A DNA stretch of 64,000 bases from Raillietiella orientalis (lineage: Eukaryota). Below are positions 13,650 to 26,800 of the stretch, one piece after another. Location: NCBI GenBank assembly GCA_036172245.1, contig JAYWIR010000002.1:1302001-1366000 (forward strand), in the 5' to 3' direction. Both the position numbers and the translations under genes were made by a program. Within the stretch, counting starts at the first letter, position 1. Each line of letters opens with the position of its first letter. The notes beneath the pieces are model-generated. The model was not told the origin of the DNA and did no database searches. It saw only the letters and a list, made by a program, of their open reading frames with translations.

Positions 13650-16600
13650 ACGACGCCCCGGGACCTACTGGCGCACGTTTCCGAAACAGGCGGCGTTCCC
13701 GGAGCGGCAGCGGACGTTATCGAGAAGGGGAGGGGAAGAGGGCGGTGGAGGAGGGCGCGTGCGCGCGCTCGTGCGAACGCAGAGCACCTGCGCCTGAGCG
13801 ACCCTGCAGCGGCAGGTGCTCTCCGGAGGATGCTGTGGACTCCGGCGTGCTGTGCGCGAGCGCCGGCCCGCGCATGCGTGGAGAAGCAGGAAAGGAGGGA
13901 GGAAAGGGGAAGGCAGGTGTCGGAGTAGCGCGCGGCATCGCTTCCCGCTCCTGGAGAGGAAGGGGGAAGATGCAGCGAGGACAGGCAGCCTGGGCGCGCG
14001 CGCCGCCGCCGCCGCACCGGAGGGTCGGTTGGTCGGCCTCGCCGATTGCCTTGCGAGACCCACAAGGAACGCTCCGCGGAGGTTGGACGTTCCTGGCTAT
14101 TTCCCCCGTCTCCTTCCTTCCCCTCTTTCTTCCCTTCGGAAGAAGGAGGGAGGAGGGGGAAGTGCGCCGCTGTTCCCTGTCCCACTTTTCCCCTATCTCC
14201 CCATCCCTCGCTTTGACTTCCCGTTGGATTCTCGTAGCGTCTGTGGAGGCGCAGGCACTGAAGGACGCACGCGCCCAGACATCTGGGGACAGCGGTTTTT
14301 GTACGCGACCTCGCGCGCTTCCAGAGGGAGCGGAATGCAACGGGAGGAAGAAAGGGGAGGTGCGAACGACAGATCAGCTGGAAGCGCTCCCACAGACCCG
14401 CGTCCATTTCCCATCACCCTGCTCCGCGTGGGCGTGCTCGGAGAAGACTTAAAAACCCAGCAAAGCGCCTTCCTTCAGGACGGGGCAGCCGTCCTCCACC
14501 CCTGCACGCGAAGCTCCTGGAAAAGATGGCGAGATAACCCGCTCCCGCCGGACGGGTGAACTCCGTGTTCGGGGTCGGAGGGAGAAAAAGAAGTGGGGAG
14601 GATGACAGGGGAGAGTCATCACCACTGAACCACGTCATCGTCGACTCCAGCATGGAGGTCGCGGTTTGGGACGTCTGCCCTGGGAATGGGCATCGGTGGA
14701 AAGCTTTGGGATGCTGGAGAGGGGTCAAGAGCCTCACCGCCTAACTTCCTATATCCACCCATGGGCCTTGACGGCTACTGCTGCGACGACACGGCCAGAC
14801 GATGGGCGCCCGAAGGCCGCAGGCGGTAGTGGCAACGTCATCTGGGTCCGGTCCAGACCAACACAGCGTGCTGCGAGTTACCCTCCCTCTTCTAAACGCC
14901 TCTCCTCCACCCCTTCCTCCGTCCTCTTCCGCCTCTCCCTTGATTCAGTTGCCGCTCCTCCCACGGCTGACTCACCGTCGCACGTGACCCCGGGAGGAAG
15001 AGTGGAGCTCCTCCTTCCCCTGGTCCTCCCGACTCGAGGGGCTGCGCTTTTCGTTCCGCGGGACACCGCGCGCACGGGTGTGCTGGGGAAGGAAAGGGGC
15101 AGATGGGTTCCCAGAGACAGCCGTCACACCGCCTCGAACGCAGGAGTCCTTCAACCCCTCCCCCTCCTCTTTCGACAGCAGCGTCAGTGAGCTTCCCGCA
15201 GTAACGGCTCCTTCCTCGTGCCAAGCCTTCGGGAGGTTTTCATCCGATTCGGAAAAGAGGAGGCCAGAAGGAGAGAGGCTGCTATCCCCGCGGACCTCGG
15301 ACAGTTCGGCTCGCCCTGGACCACCAAGTCTGGCAGAAGACGACCCTCCCAAGCGGTTCCTCCGGGCAGCGGCGAGCCCTTCAGACCCTACGCTCCCGCC
15401 CTGTCCTCCAGGGAGAAGCGAGGGAGCTCCTCGGAGGAGGGGGGTCCGGAAGGAGATCCAAGAGGATGCGAGGTGACCGGCGCAGGGACTTCCGAGTGCC
15501 GGAGGGCGAAGAAGCGCGTTCCTCCCTTCTCCCGAGAATAGCCGGGGGTCGCTCTGGGGGAGCCAGTGCGATCACGCGGACAAACCTCGTCCGCCTCCTC
15601 CTCCTCGGCTCCCTCCTCCGTTTGCCAGACCCGCAAGAAGTGCGTCTGAACAAATCTCCCGGATCTTGGCGTAGCCCATATCCTCCCTCCCCAGAGGGAA
15701 TCGCACACCGCTTCCTGCTCCCTCGGTCCCCCGACGACTCGCGTCCTCGCGGTCCCTTTCATCCTGCTTCTTCCCCCAAGCGACCTCTCCGAACGACCTT
15801 GCCCGGCCTGCATGCAACTCTGAGCAGCTGCTCAGACGGAACGGGGCCGCGGACACGCTTCCAGAAGCGGCGGCAAGGGAAGGACCCGCGGTTCTCTGGA
15901 GCTGCCGCCCTCGGGCGAAGAAATGGAACGGCTTCCGCTGCCCCGAGCCAGGGCGTTTTCTTCAGCTATTCCCCTTCTTTCTTTCCTCCCAGAAGGCCAG
16001 AGGACCGGAGACTTCTCCATCGGAACCACCCAGTTCATATCGATGATTGAGGAAGGATAGAAGAAGAGGAAGGAGTGGGGGACGCTGAAGGACCATGCAG
16101 GGGAGAGGCAGCCGAACTCGTGAAAGAGCGTTCGTGGTCAAGGAAAAGCAGCGGGGAGGAGGGAGGAGCCGCGGGCGAGAAGGGTGAACTGGCTGTTCAT
16201 TGTCCCAAGGGAGAGTGTGGAGAGAGTCAAGCGGAAAGCGCCTCCTTGCCTACTGTGCGCAGTAGCACTGCTCTCGACAAGAGAAAGACTTGGAGGAAGC
16301 AGGTGAGGGCGGATCTGACCATGGAGACGCGGTCCCCAAGGATGAGCAGGGAGGGTCCCAGAGCCCGACCTTCTCGTGCGAAGACATCGTCCAGCTTTAC
16401 CGCTTGCCGTCCAGCTGGCGAGTCGTTCTCGGCCCGAGCCCAGAGCTCGTTCGCCCTCGAGGGTTCAGGCCTCCCGAGGCTGGTCAATGCGTTTCAGCAA
16501 GAGGAGGAAACAGCCTGAACTGCGCCTTCCCTCCCTCCCGGATGACTTTCGAGGAAGAAAAGGGAGAAAGGGAACGTAGAGGAGCGAGAAAAGCAAGGGT

Positions 16601-17836
16601 AAGGAGAAGAGGAAAGAAGAGAATGAAGGAGGAAGAGGAGGAGGAGGAGGAGAGGAAGTCTGCAGGTCCGAAGGAAAAGAACAAGGAGGAGAAGCCCCGC
16701 TAGCTTCTGCTCCCTCCAGGGGAAAGGAGAAAACAGGAAGGGTTCTTACTGGAGCATTCCCAGAGAACGAAACGGGATTGAGAGAGCGGCACAGCTCCTT
16801 GGCAGACTCGAAGGAGGCTGCTAACACCCCAACCCAGAATGGTGCGCGGTTCCGTTCCTCTTCGCCGCGCAGGGAACTCATGCAAGCGGCGGAAGCGATC
16901 GCGACGCATCGCCACTCACTCTGCTCCCCTTTTCCGGGAGACCCTCCTGCCCGAGGGAGAAGTGGCGAAGGGTGTTCCCGCCAAGCCGCCGGAGAAGCCT
17001 TCCTGGAAGCTCCAGGGACACCTCCCAGCGCTCGCTGCCCCGAACTCCTGGATGCATGCCGCGAAGCTCTCTCGCGAGAAGAGCGAAGACGCGCCTACGC
17101 CTGGCTTTTCCGTCCGAAATCCGAGGCCAAAGTTCCGCCCGCAGCATCTCACCTTTTCGAGATGATGGTGATGCTCTCCGCAAGACCGTGTCACATTGAT
17201 CTCGAGAGCATTGTCAGCATTATCCACATACAGGCCTCGGAGACTGTGCATCTTGCCGTCTCGAGGGCGCACGTACCCGCGGCACCACGTGGCGTTCCCA
17301 CAGGGTCAATTCTTTCGCTCTTCTGAAAGGCATCCTCCTCAAAGGTTCCGTAAGCAGACTCTCCGCACGTGACGAAATGTCAGAGGCTGCCGCTGTCTTC
17401 CCCTCCTGGGAGTCAGGAGCGAGAAGATTCCAGCCACTTCGCTCGCTGCACGATGGGGTACTTCATTCATGAGGGCGAAGGGGCAGTAGAAGAAAAATGG
17501 GGTGCGAGAATCTACTTTGAGCTTTTATTGAGGTCTCAGCGGATCGAACGGCACGTCCATTTGTGGAGCAGCGTGTCTTTCCCGTGGGGGAAGGTCAGGC
17601 CAGGTCATGATTTAGCAAGGAAAATGAAAGGATGACGAGAATTGCTGTGCCCAGCCAGCCTCGTCAAAGAGAAGGGTGCTGACTTTGTGATAAGGCTGGC
17701 TGATCCAGGGATGTGAGCGTAGCAGCGTGACCCTCCCGTCGGGGCGGTACCCCTGGCAAAGCGGAGGATCTTCAGAACGGAGTAGGTGCGATGACGACGG
17801 CGATGCCAAAGACGAAGCGGTGGAAGAATTTTTCCT

Positions 17837-20800
17837 TCACCCGCATGCTTTCTGGAAACACACCGAGGCAGACGGGAGACTGTATGCAGGTCTTCGTACG
17901 TAGTGGGAAAGGTACTGGAACGCGTTTTCTTCCGACAGCTCCCCGCTGATGACCTTCAAGATGGGCGCGTAGAACCTTTGCAGGATCATGGAGGCTTTGC
18001 TTTTCATCTTCAGCTTCCCCTCAAGCTGTATCGCACGGAGGCACCGCCTCCTCGCCTTGGACTTGTCCCAGCGCTTACCTCACTCACATTGATGACCCGG
18101 TTGCCTTCTCTGTTTTCGAACGTGCTTTCCCTCTCGGTGGCTTTCTCGCAGAATCGGCTGGTCAGAAGGTCTACGATCCCTGTGGCTGTTCTCTCGAAGG
18201 ACTCCTTGATCGAAATGTCGATGTACAGCACGCTGAAATGGTAAAATAAATTATCAGCCCAAGAAAGGAGGAGGGAAGAAAACGGTCGTCAGATTCATGG
18301 GATCAGCATTTCGAATCATTCGAGAGAAAGCCTCTTCCCGTTCCTCTTTCTGTGTCCCCCCGTTTTGCTTTCCCATCCTTCTCACTCACCCGCTGGCCTT
18401 TACTTGGTCCCCCAGTGCGGAAGGGAAGTCGCGCGCTTTCGTAGAAGCAAAGTCAGTCTTCCCCTTCCTTCAGCGGCAGTTGAAGGAAGGGGAAGGATAG
18501 GGGGGAACTGATGACGATGGAAGACACACGTGGCGATAGAGAGGCAAGGACGAAATCGATCCATTCTGTGTCCGTTTCGAGCCAATAACCAGGGGGAAAG
18601 AGACGTGACCAGGATGGAGTCTGCCGAGGAGCATGAAAAGCACTCAAAGCTACCGTTGCGAGGAAGCATTTACCAGCCAGAGCTCCGCTTTTCCCCATCC
18701 AATCTTTCTTCCCGGACCACGTAACCGAGCAGCACACGACGCGTGCGCGTGCCAGATCCGCTTTTGTGGTTAGCTGGGTGTGACTCACCAGCTTTAGAAA
18801 GGAAAGCCGTAAATCATCTCCTAGCATCAACACGCGCAAAGGGACTGAATCTACAAGGAGTGCTCTTCCTGGGGAGAGGGTCGATCTCCAGGCAGCGGGA
18901 AAGGAGGCTCGATGTCGTCGTCGCATCGGAAGGAAGGGAGGAAGCATCCAGCATTCTGAGGAAGCCCCCAGTGACCATCAGAGAACTACGCCCGTTGAGC
19001 ACATCCGACTTTCGTGGTTAGATCCGCAGTGTTCAGGTGGTCACCAGGAAACGCGGTAGTTGCGTGGCAACGACGAAATGCACCGACAAAGGGCGACGTG
19101 ACTGCCCCGCGGCAGCGCACACTATTAGCTATCGCTGTCGCCGCATCACGTTCGAGAACCATAGCCATGCCGTCTCAGCAAAAAGCATGGCAGCCGGGCG
19201 GTTTCCAAGAGACGGAGGAGGGCGCTGCAGAGTAAGGAGATGAGGTCCGCGGTCCAGAGGGACTTCCCAGCCGCGGTCATTCCCCGTGAGCACCACACAA
19301 CAGGCTGTCATCAGGCAGCGGCTCTCTCCGACTGGAGCTTCTGCACCAGCTCAAGTAGTTGAAGGCAGCTAAAAGTTGCTCGTATGTCCCGGAGGGGGGC
19401 AGGAGGGAGGGAATGGTCCGTCACGTCAACACTCCGAGGGAAGTTCGAAGAAATGGAAGCTGCGAGGCAGCAGGAAAAAAAGAAGAAAAAAAAGGAGTAT
19501 CGGTCCCGCAAAAAGCTACCGTGAGCGTATCTCCAGCGAGGGCAGTTGCAGGTTTTAGAAAACGGCCTCACAGGTAGAATGGGATCCGAGAGCGAAGTGG
19601 AGGAGATGAAATCTGCACGCGGAGAGGAAGAGGACGGGATTCCTATTGGGAAGGTGGCAGATGCATTTCTTTCCCGACGACCCATAAGGGAAGCGGTTTC
19701 TACGGGAACATCTTGCCCAAGACGGCAGTGAGGATATTCTCCTGACTTAGTTATTCGGCGGTGACATCCGTGCGTGGACGGTTGCTTGGCACTTCGATGC
19801 TCCGGGCAATGGGCTTAGGATCTGACCATCCGAAAGGAAGGAGGTCTTCCGACCCAGAGATAAAGGGGAGAAAAACTCCCTTTTTACGCTACAGCCACCG
19901 TTCCCGCTTCACGCTGGCCTCCCTGAACGGCATATGGTCGCGCTTTCTCTTTGAGCGCGCCACACCGCTCCTTTCCTCGTGAATCGGCCACCACCACCGC
20001 CGAGCGAAGACTTCCTGTCGGGATGAGCAGAGCTCTGAGCGCAGTTCTTCCTGAACTGTGAGTGCGCTCTGCACCCTCCTTGTGAAGGAATAACTCGAAT
20101 GCCACGCCCAGACAGAGGGGCCGGCAGAACGCCTCCCGCCCCCCTCCTGCCACTTGGCACTTGCGAACATTGGGAGACTGATCCCTATGCTCCGTAGGGT
20201 GGTGGTCGCTAAGAAGCCACAGCGGGTAGCGGAAGGCCGACTCGGTGATGGAGCCCTCCGCATTCGGAAAGCGAACCTCACCCCTCCCTTGCCCTGTTGC
20301 CTCGTTTCGGGGCGTGTTCGCAGCTCAGCCAGTCGTGGTGCGCATCGCGCGCATGGGAACGCATCGAGTCGGACCGATCATCAGCCGCGTACGCGTATAC
20401 CGAAAGAACCGACGAAATGACGCACGGAGTTTTTCGGCGGTTCTTCTTGAGCCGGCATCACTTTCGACGAGATGGTCTGAACAGCGAGATTTCCCGTGCG
20501 TCCGTCCACCACGCGCACCGGCGAAGATCTGATGCCTTCGACGGATTTCTGCTGGGACTACCAGACTCTCCGGATGCGATGCTATCCTTGGGACGCAGCT
20601 GATGCCTCCCCGCTGCCAGCTGCGTTTGTTTGCTCTTTGTTCACTGTGGACAAGAACGCAACGCGGATCCGAACGATTGCGGGGAAGCTCGCGGCAGCCT
20701 TGCCTGCCGTCTGCCATCGCAGGTGAGAGGCAGGCGAGAGATACTTCTCCATCTGCATCTCAAGGAGGAAGCGATTCAACCGAAGAGGGGGAGGGGGCGA

Positions 20801-23800
20801 TTGGGAGGAAGGGGAGGAGGGGGAAGAGGTCGAGGTGGATCATGACCCACCCCAACCAGCCACGGAGGCGAACGGGAAAGCCACGCTGCGAAGCGAACGC
20901 AGCCAGTTGAGCGGAGGAACCCCTCGTCGGGAGGAACGCACGTGTTTTCGATTCGTGTCGCACTCATCGTGGAGGACACGACGGCTGGAAAGAGACCGCG
21001 CCAGCTGCTGTCGGCGGCGCCAGCACCTTCCCTCGTGACAGACAAGTAATCCAGTCAACGGCTGCGACGTCTAAGCGCGGTTTTGAATTTCCGGGGGAAT
21101 TCCGATCCAAGAAATCCCCCGGGGAGACCTTTGTTTCCACCCGCAAGGGTCTTCTTCAGCGCTGGACCATCCGGGGGGGAGGGGTCTCAGGATGATCCTC
21201 CAACAAGCGATAGAGGAAACGAGGACGCTTTCGATCTTTCAACGGTGCGGACGGGGGTGCTCAAGTTAAAATGAACCAGAGAGCAGCGAACTCTTACCCC
21301 GCCCGGGTTTCGCGATGTTCGTCCCAGTTTCCTGAGCGGTCCGGGGGCGTAGCTACCTGTTCTGACAAAGATCAGGAAGGCTGGGAACCTCCCATGGGGA
21401 AAGGAGACGGGCACCGTCAACAAGGTCAATCGATCGTTCCCTGCAGCCTGCATACGAAGGTCCTCGGATTCAGTTTCCCGCTGGCGGGCGCATCCATGAG
21501 TCCAGAAGGCGAGTCCGGAGAGAGCGTGACCCGGGCGTTCGCACCTGAGACCGCACTTTTCAGTTGACGGAGAGCTCCAAACGTCTCCTCACCCGCGCTC
21601 CTCCGTATCCCTAGTTCGTCGCCAGGCGCTCGCGCCCTTCGCGCTCCCCACCGCCGCCGCGCTCTCATCCTCTTTGCACCGTTCCCGTGCGAGAAGGGGT
21701 GTAGACCGCAGAGGGGCCTTCGACCTGCGCTCAGTCAGTCCTCCTCCCGCAGGGCGTGCAGTGCTCTTCATCCCTTATGCACTTCCGCAACGTTTGCTCA
21801 TACCGGGATCGCCTGCGGATCAGGCAGGGCTTAAGGTTGTTGTGCCTTGCGTGCGTGTCTCGCTCGCGGGGCGGGAATAACCGTCGCTGCCATTTGGTTC
21901 ACTACCGTTGCCATGCATGACCGTTGATCCAGTCGCGGAGGAATGTCCTGCGGGAAGCAGACCTGTGCGCTGCCTTAATTTTCTAGTTAGGTGCGGAAGA
22001 TCGTTCCGCCGGAGAATCAATAATTTCGCTTTCATCTACTGTGCGAAATAATCCTGCACGGCCTTGGTTGGGCAGAGGGACCTCTTGGAGGCGCCACTGG
22101 CGGCATAGTAAGTACGTCTCTACTAGTACGAGACCCGGCACGACGGAGGATTTCCGCTTCCTTCCCCATTCGGGGGGAAGCCCCACCAGCGGCTCGCCGG
22201 GGCTGCGGCGGCGGGTGGGTGAATCGGAGCGACTCGCGTCCGATCGGATTCGGGTTCCGGGAGGAAACCCTGAATTTGCAAGGCACGCGCGCGGGTGGAT
22301 GCCGGGAAACGCCAGATGGGGCACTGCGCGCGGTGGCCACGCGGGGTATCCCAGGTTACGCGAGCAGGAAAAGACCAAACCTTTCCTTGCAGCGCCAGGC
22401 GGCCCCGACTCGAAGCGGCAACGGTTCCGGCCTTCCACCAGATCCGTGCCGGTTCGTGCGGCTGCTCATCTCTTCCGACGGGACACGTCGTTGCGTCCAC
22501 CCGGAAGACGGATCAGTCGAGAGGAGCGTGGGGGTGTCGGCAAGAGTCCCTCTCCGGAAGTCAGGTGAGGGGCGGCACGTTGGGGGGACACGACGGAAAG
22601 GAGGCGCCTTTTTCGGCTCTCTGTCAATTCACTCGTCGATAAATTCCGGGCGGAGAGGCGCGGCAGACTGAGAGGGAATCCGTGGGCCCGCGGAGGCCCC
22701 GCGTCTCAGGCATCGGCTGAAGAAAGTGGCGGCGGAGGCAATGTCAAATTGTTCCGACGCCCCTGCGGACTTCGAAGTGGGCGCAAGGAGAAACTGTCTC
22801 ACGCCCTGCACCTGTCTTTGACCTGCGCCGAAGCTCATTTTGAGAGTGCGTTGTGTGAGCGCGGAGACCAAGAAATGGAAAGCGCTGATGGTGCCATCGT
22901 TGAATTTGGAGATGGGAAGGGGGGAAAGGAGAAGAAAAAAAACATTGCCGGTTTGGCGGGGCAGGGAGAAGAGGAGAATGACGTTGAAAGAGAGATTGGC
23001 ATTTACTCACTGAGTGGCAGGCAAACCCATCTCTTCCAGAGAACAAGCTTGAGTCAGATTTCGAGGGAACCCGGAAATCACCCATCCTCGAGTCAAGCAA
23101 TCGTCCTCACACAGGCGCTTCTGAAATCCAGTCCATCATCGTGTTTTGTTTTGTTTTGTTTTTTATCTTTATTTATTTATTTATTTTTTTAAAAAAAAGG
23201 AAGGCAAGGCTCCAAGTCAAACTTCCGAATGAGCGAGCGGTGATCTGTGAATGCCCTGAGCACGACCCAGCTGAGTGTTCGTGCACCTTGGGAATTACGC
23301 GATGTCGGTAACAAAGGATGGGCGGCGCGCGCACGTACGCACTGCGAGACGCGCGGCAAAGCTCCGTGCGCGGGAAGTCGCTGGGACACCTGCACGAACC
23401 CCGCCGAAGACGCCGCTGCACGGGAAAATGGTCGCATGGATGGAGGAGACACCGGGAAAGGCGTTTGACGGCTTCAAAACAAGACGGAGGGCGAGGGAGC
23501 GATGAGCTCGAAGACCTCGCTGTTGTTGTCGCTCTCTCGGAAGAAGGGTCTTTCCCTCAGAAGAACGACGACAAACAGGAGAACCAAAGTAGGAATGGAG
23601 GGCGTACAGGAAGTGCAAAGTAGTATCCCCTTCTGGAGCAGCGCTCTCCAGGGAGACATTCTCAAGGAAAACAAGGTCGCTTGAATGCATCCCAGCAAGG
23701 AAAGGATTCCTAAGGATCCCAGGTGAAATTTCCGACCATCACTTTTCCTCCGGACCGCTGCCTTGCGGCGACTGAATGGGAACCAGAAGAACAAATCCAA

Positions 23801-26800
23801 AAGAGGAGCGTGCTCTCGTTCGCCATGGTAACTAACGGGGTACGTGTTCAGGAGGCCACGGGGCATCCGTACGCGGCTGTCCCGGCCCAAAGTGGCACGA
23901 ATCTGCAGGAACGATCAAAGTGGCCGTTTCCGCAGGTTCGTTGGTGGAGGGCAGCTTTCTCGGGTAGGCACGAGGCTCCATCAAAAGGCAGAATTGGCCT
24001 GATCAATACGGCATCAGAAGGAAGAGAAGAAGAAGGAAAATGTTCAGAGTTGACTTTCAGCTCGAGGTAACCAACGAAACGTTCACTCATTCGAGCAACG
24101 CTGATTTTCCCTGTGCTGGTCAGAAGAGGGAAGACCACGATTCGGTGACACGATCTGCCAGCTTCATCGACCCGTTCCGAAGTCCAGAACTGCTCCTTGG
24201 TAGCGCACATCTCGAGGAAACTTCGTTCGAGGCTTTCTTTCCCCTCCCCCAGGCATCGAGTGCGCTCCGGCATTGCATCTAATTACTCCACTTCAAGTGT
24301 TTCCACGGATACTTCGGCTACTCGCAAAAGCTACCGCAGGAACGCTTCCTTCGTCGGCAACTGAGATCAGCTGCTCGAGGGCGAAAAGTTGAAACAAGAG
24401 AAGGCGATGAAAACTTCCTTGAAGACCTGTCTTCCCAATGAGGCTTCTCGAAGCCGAATCGGTCAACAGAGGCACGGAGGTGCGCGCTGGCATGGCGCCG
24501 TCCCTGGCATCAGGGCATTCGCCAGGGGAATTCGTGGATTGCGGACACTGATAGTTGCATTCAGCACGCGTACAAGCAAGAAGACGTCTCGAAAGTTTCT
24601 GAGCACTCTGCGACAGAAGAGAAAAATATCAGATGCACCTGTCTGAAGCACGTCGTGGAGCGACTGCGAGGCTCCGTGACTCACCGAGCCCAGCTGGCTT
24701 ACGAGCGGATGAGCGACTCGAATAGATCAGCATCCTCAATTCAGATCAGAAAGATGTCTCTCGTGCTGTTAAAACAGAAGAGAGGAAAGGGAGGATGGTT
24801 GAACGACAAAGAAGCATCTCTCCTTCGACCGTCTCGCGGGATAGTGGCATTCGCAAAACTCCACCCACCTTTCCCAAGTGTTTCTGAGAGACCCATCGCG
24901 TTCTCGAAGATTCTGATAACTTTAGAAACACCCTGTTCCATGCGATTCTTGTAGAGGTCGTTGTGGGGTAGCCGTTCCTCGCCGTGCCCTCCATCTTGAA
25001 TCTGTGAACCTGCCTAGACAGAACAGGAGTGCCGACTCGGCTCAGGAGAGAAAGAAAAAAAAAAAAAAAAAGAAAAAGGAAGGGGGGGGAGGGGGAACTT
25101 TCGGTGTTCGAGACTCGAGAGGAACCCTCCTTGTTTTGCGGATTCAATTGTCAGTCCGTTCAGGAAACCCAATCCAGACAATCAGAAATCAAGAAGGATT
25201 CCACTGCTTTCTAGCCGTCAGAGGATCGGCCTCTTCAGCAACAGTGCGAACAGGGTACGGTGCTCCAGTGCACCCTCTTAGCGTGAGCAGCGAAGGCGGC
25301 TCCGGTAGCCATGCTTTCTCGAAGACGTCCAACCCTTCCAGATTGTCCGGGAAGGCGTAGAGGGAAAGATAAGCTAACTCACCGCCTTGTTCGCGTGCGG
25401 TGCAGGTTACGAGCACTGACCTCAAACTGCAGTCGGGTGCACAGCAAATTTAGGGCGAATTCCTCCACCACCGTACTTTGTCCGGAGTGCTGCTCCTACA
25501 GATCCGTAGTGAGCGCGAATCCCCGAGGGGAATGGGTTTATCCACGTCCACGAAACAGTCCACGCAGACGGTGCATTGCAAGTGCAGCACGAAGGAAGAA
25601 GCCCTCGAAAGACCCACGAAGTTTTCCACAAGCCACGGGATTTTCAGATGCGTGAAACGGAAAGGGAAGAGGTCCACCCTGTTGTACTTCTCCGATGGAC
25701 GAATGAATGCCAGTTTTATCCTAGGATATTCCAGTCTTTCGTCCATTCTGTTCTTGAACGGTACAGCATCAAAGAAACGACCTAGCAATACTTCTTTCAT
25801 TATCACTCAAAGCTCACATGGATCCGTTTTCAGCGGCAGTGAACCAACGCAAGGATGCGTGGCAAACGATCCAGATAGCTTTCCCAGAAAAGGCTGGGAA
25901 ATTTCAGAGCGTTCTGCGCGCGGACGCAATCTTCACGTTGCGCGCGCCCTGTGGATGGAAAACACACTGAGATAAGCGAATCGGCGATACTAAATCTTTT
26001 GATAAATGCTGCACCGAGCCGCGTCTAGGAATTCTCTGAGGTTTTTCTGGAAACGGGATCGAGAAAGGAGTCAGCTTTATCTTTCATATCGGTCATGCAC
26101 CCTGCGAGTTATTGTCAAGGAATGTTTTGAAAATGTTTTGAAATCTTCCTGGACGGCTGCGCGAAAGCAAAGGAAGATGAACGAAACGTGTTTGCTGATG
26201 ATGACCTTGTTATGAGCCGCCTCCGCGTCTATAGTGTGCGCAAGGAAGGCGAAGTCAGAAAGTACTGACAGGCCGGTGACACAAGGGAGGATTGCTGCTG
26301 CCAAAGAGCTGCATATACCCACTGCACCCCCCCGAGAGACGCTCTTGCTCGTTTCTCCGCAACGTGTGCACTTCGTGCTTGAGAAACACAGCGGTGGTTT
26401 CCCAAGCCCAAAGCGGCGCTGCTCTTTCAAAGAGGAAGGAGGCGGCCGTACGGAGTTTCGAAATTAACAGCCAAACCGTCTTAGAAAACTCCGTGCTCGT
26501 TTGCTGATGAATAAACAGCCGAAGAATCCATGAGGACAAAAAGTGTATACCGCTCGGGTTTTTCATGTATCAGATGGGATAAATAGGTCAGGTACACATC
26601 ACACCCATGGAACAACCATACCGGGGAAAGCATGTCCTAACGACATGACTGCACTGGGACGTAATCGATAAATCTCTTTCGGGAACAAGTTTACTTCCGC
26701 CGCAGGCTTCGCAACGGCAACGCCAGACTCGAAACGCAACAGGGGGGAAAAAAAAAAAAAAAAAGCCCACGAAATGCGTCATCGACGTTTCTGTCGCTGG

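Noticed and set aside
1-23000. Hundreds of 60-290 aa ORFs rich in R/G/P/S in the supplied track
   Set aside because: Overlapping on all six frames, low complexity, no recognisable domains. This is expected from GC-rich, stop-poor non-coding DNA. Only the spliced exons listed are supported.
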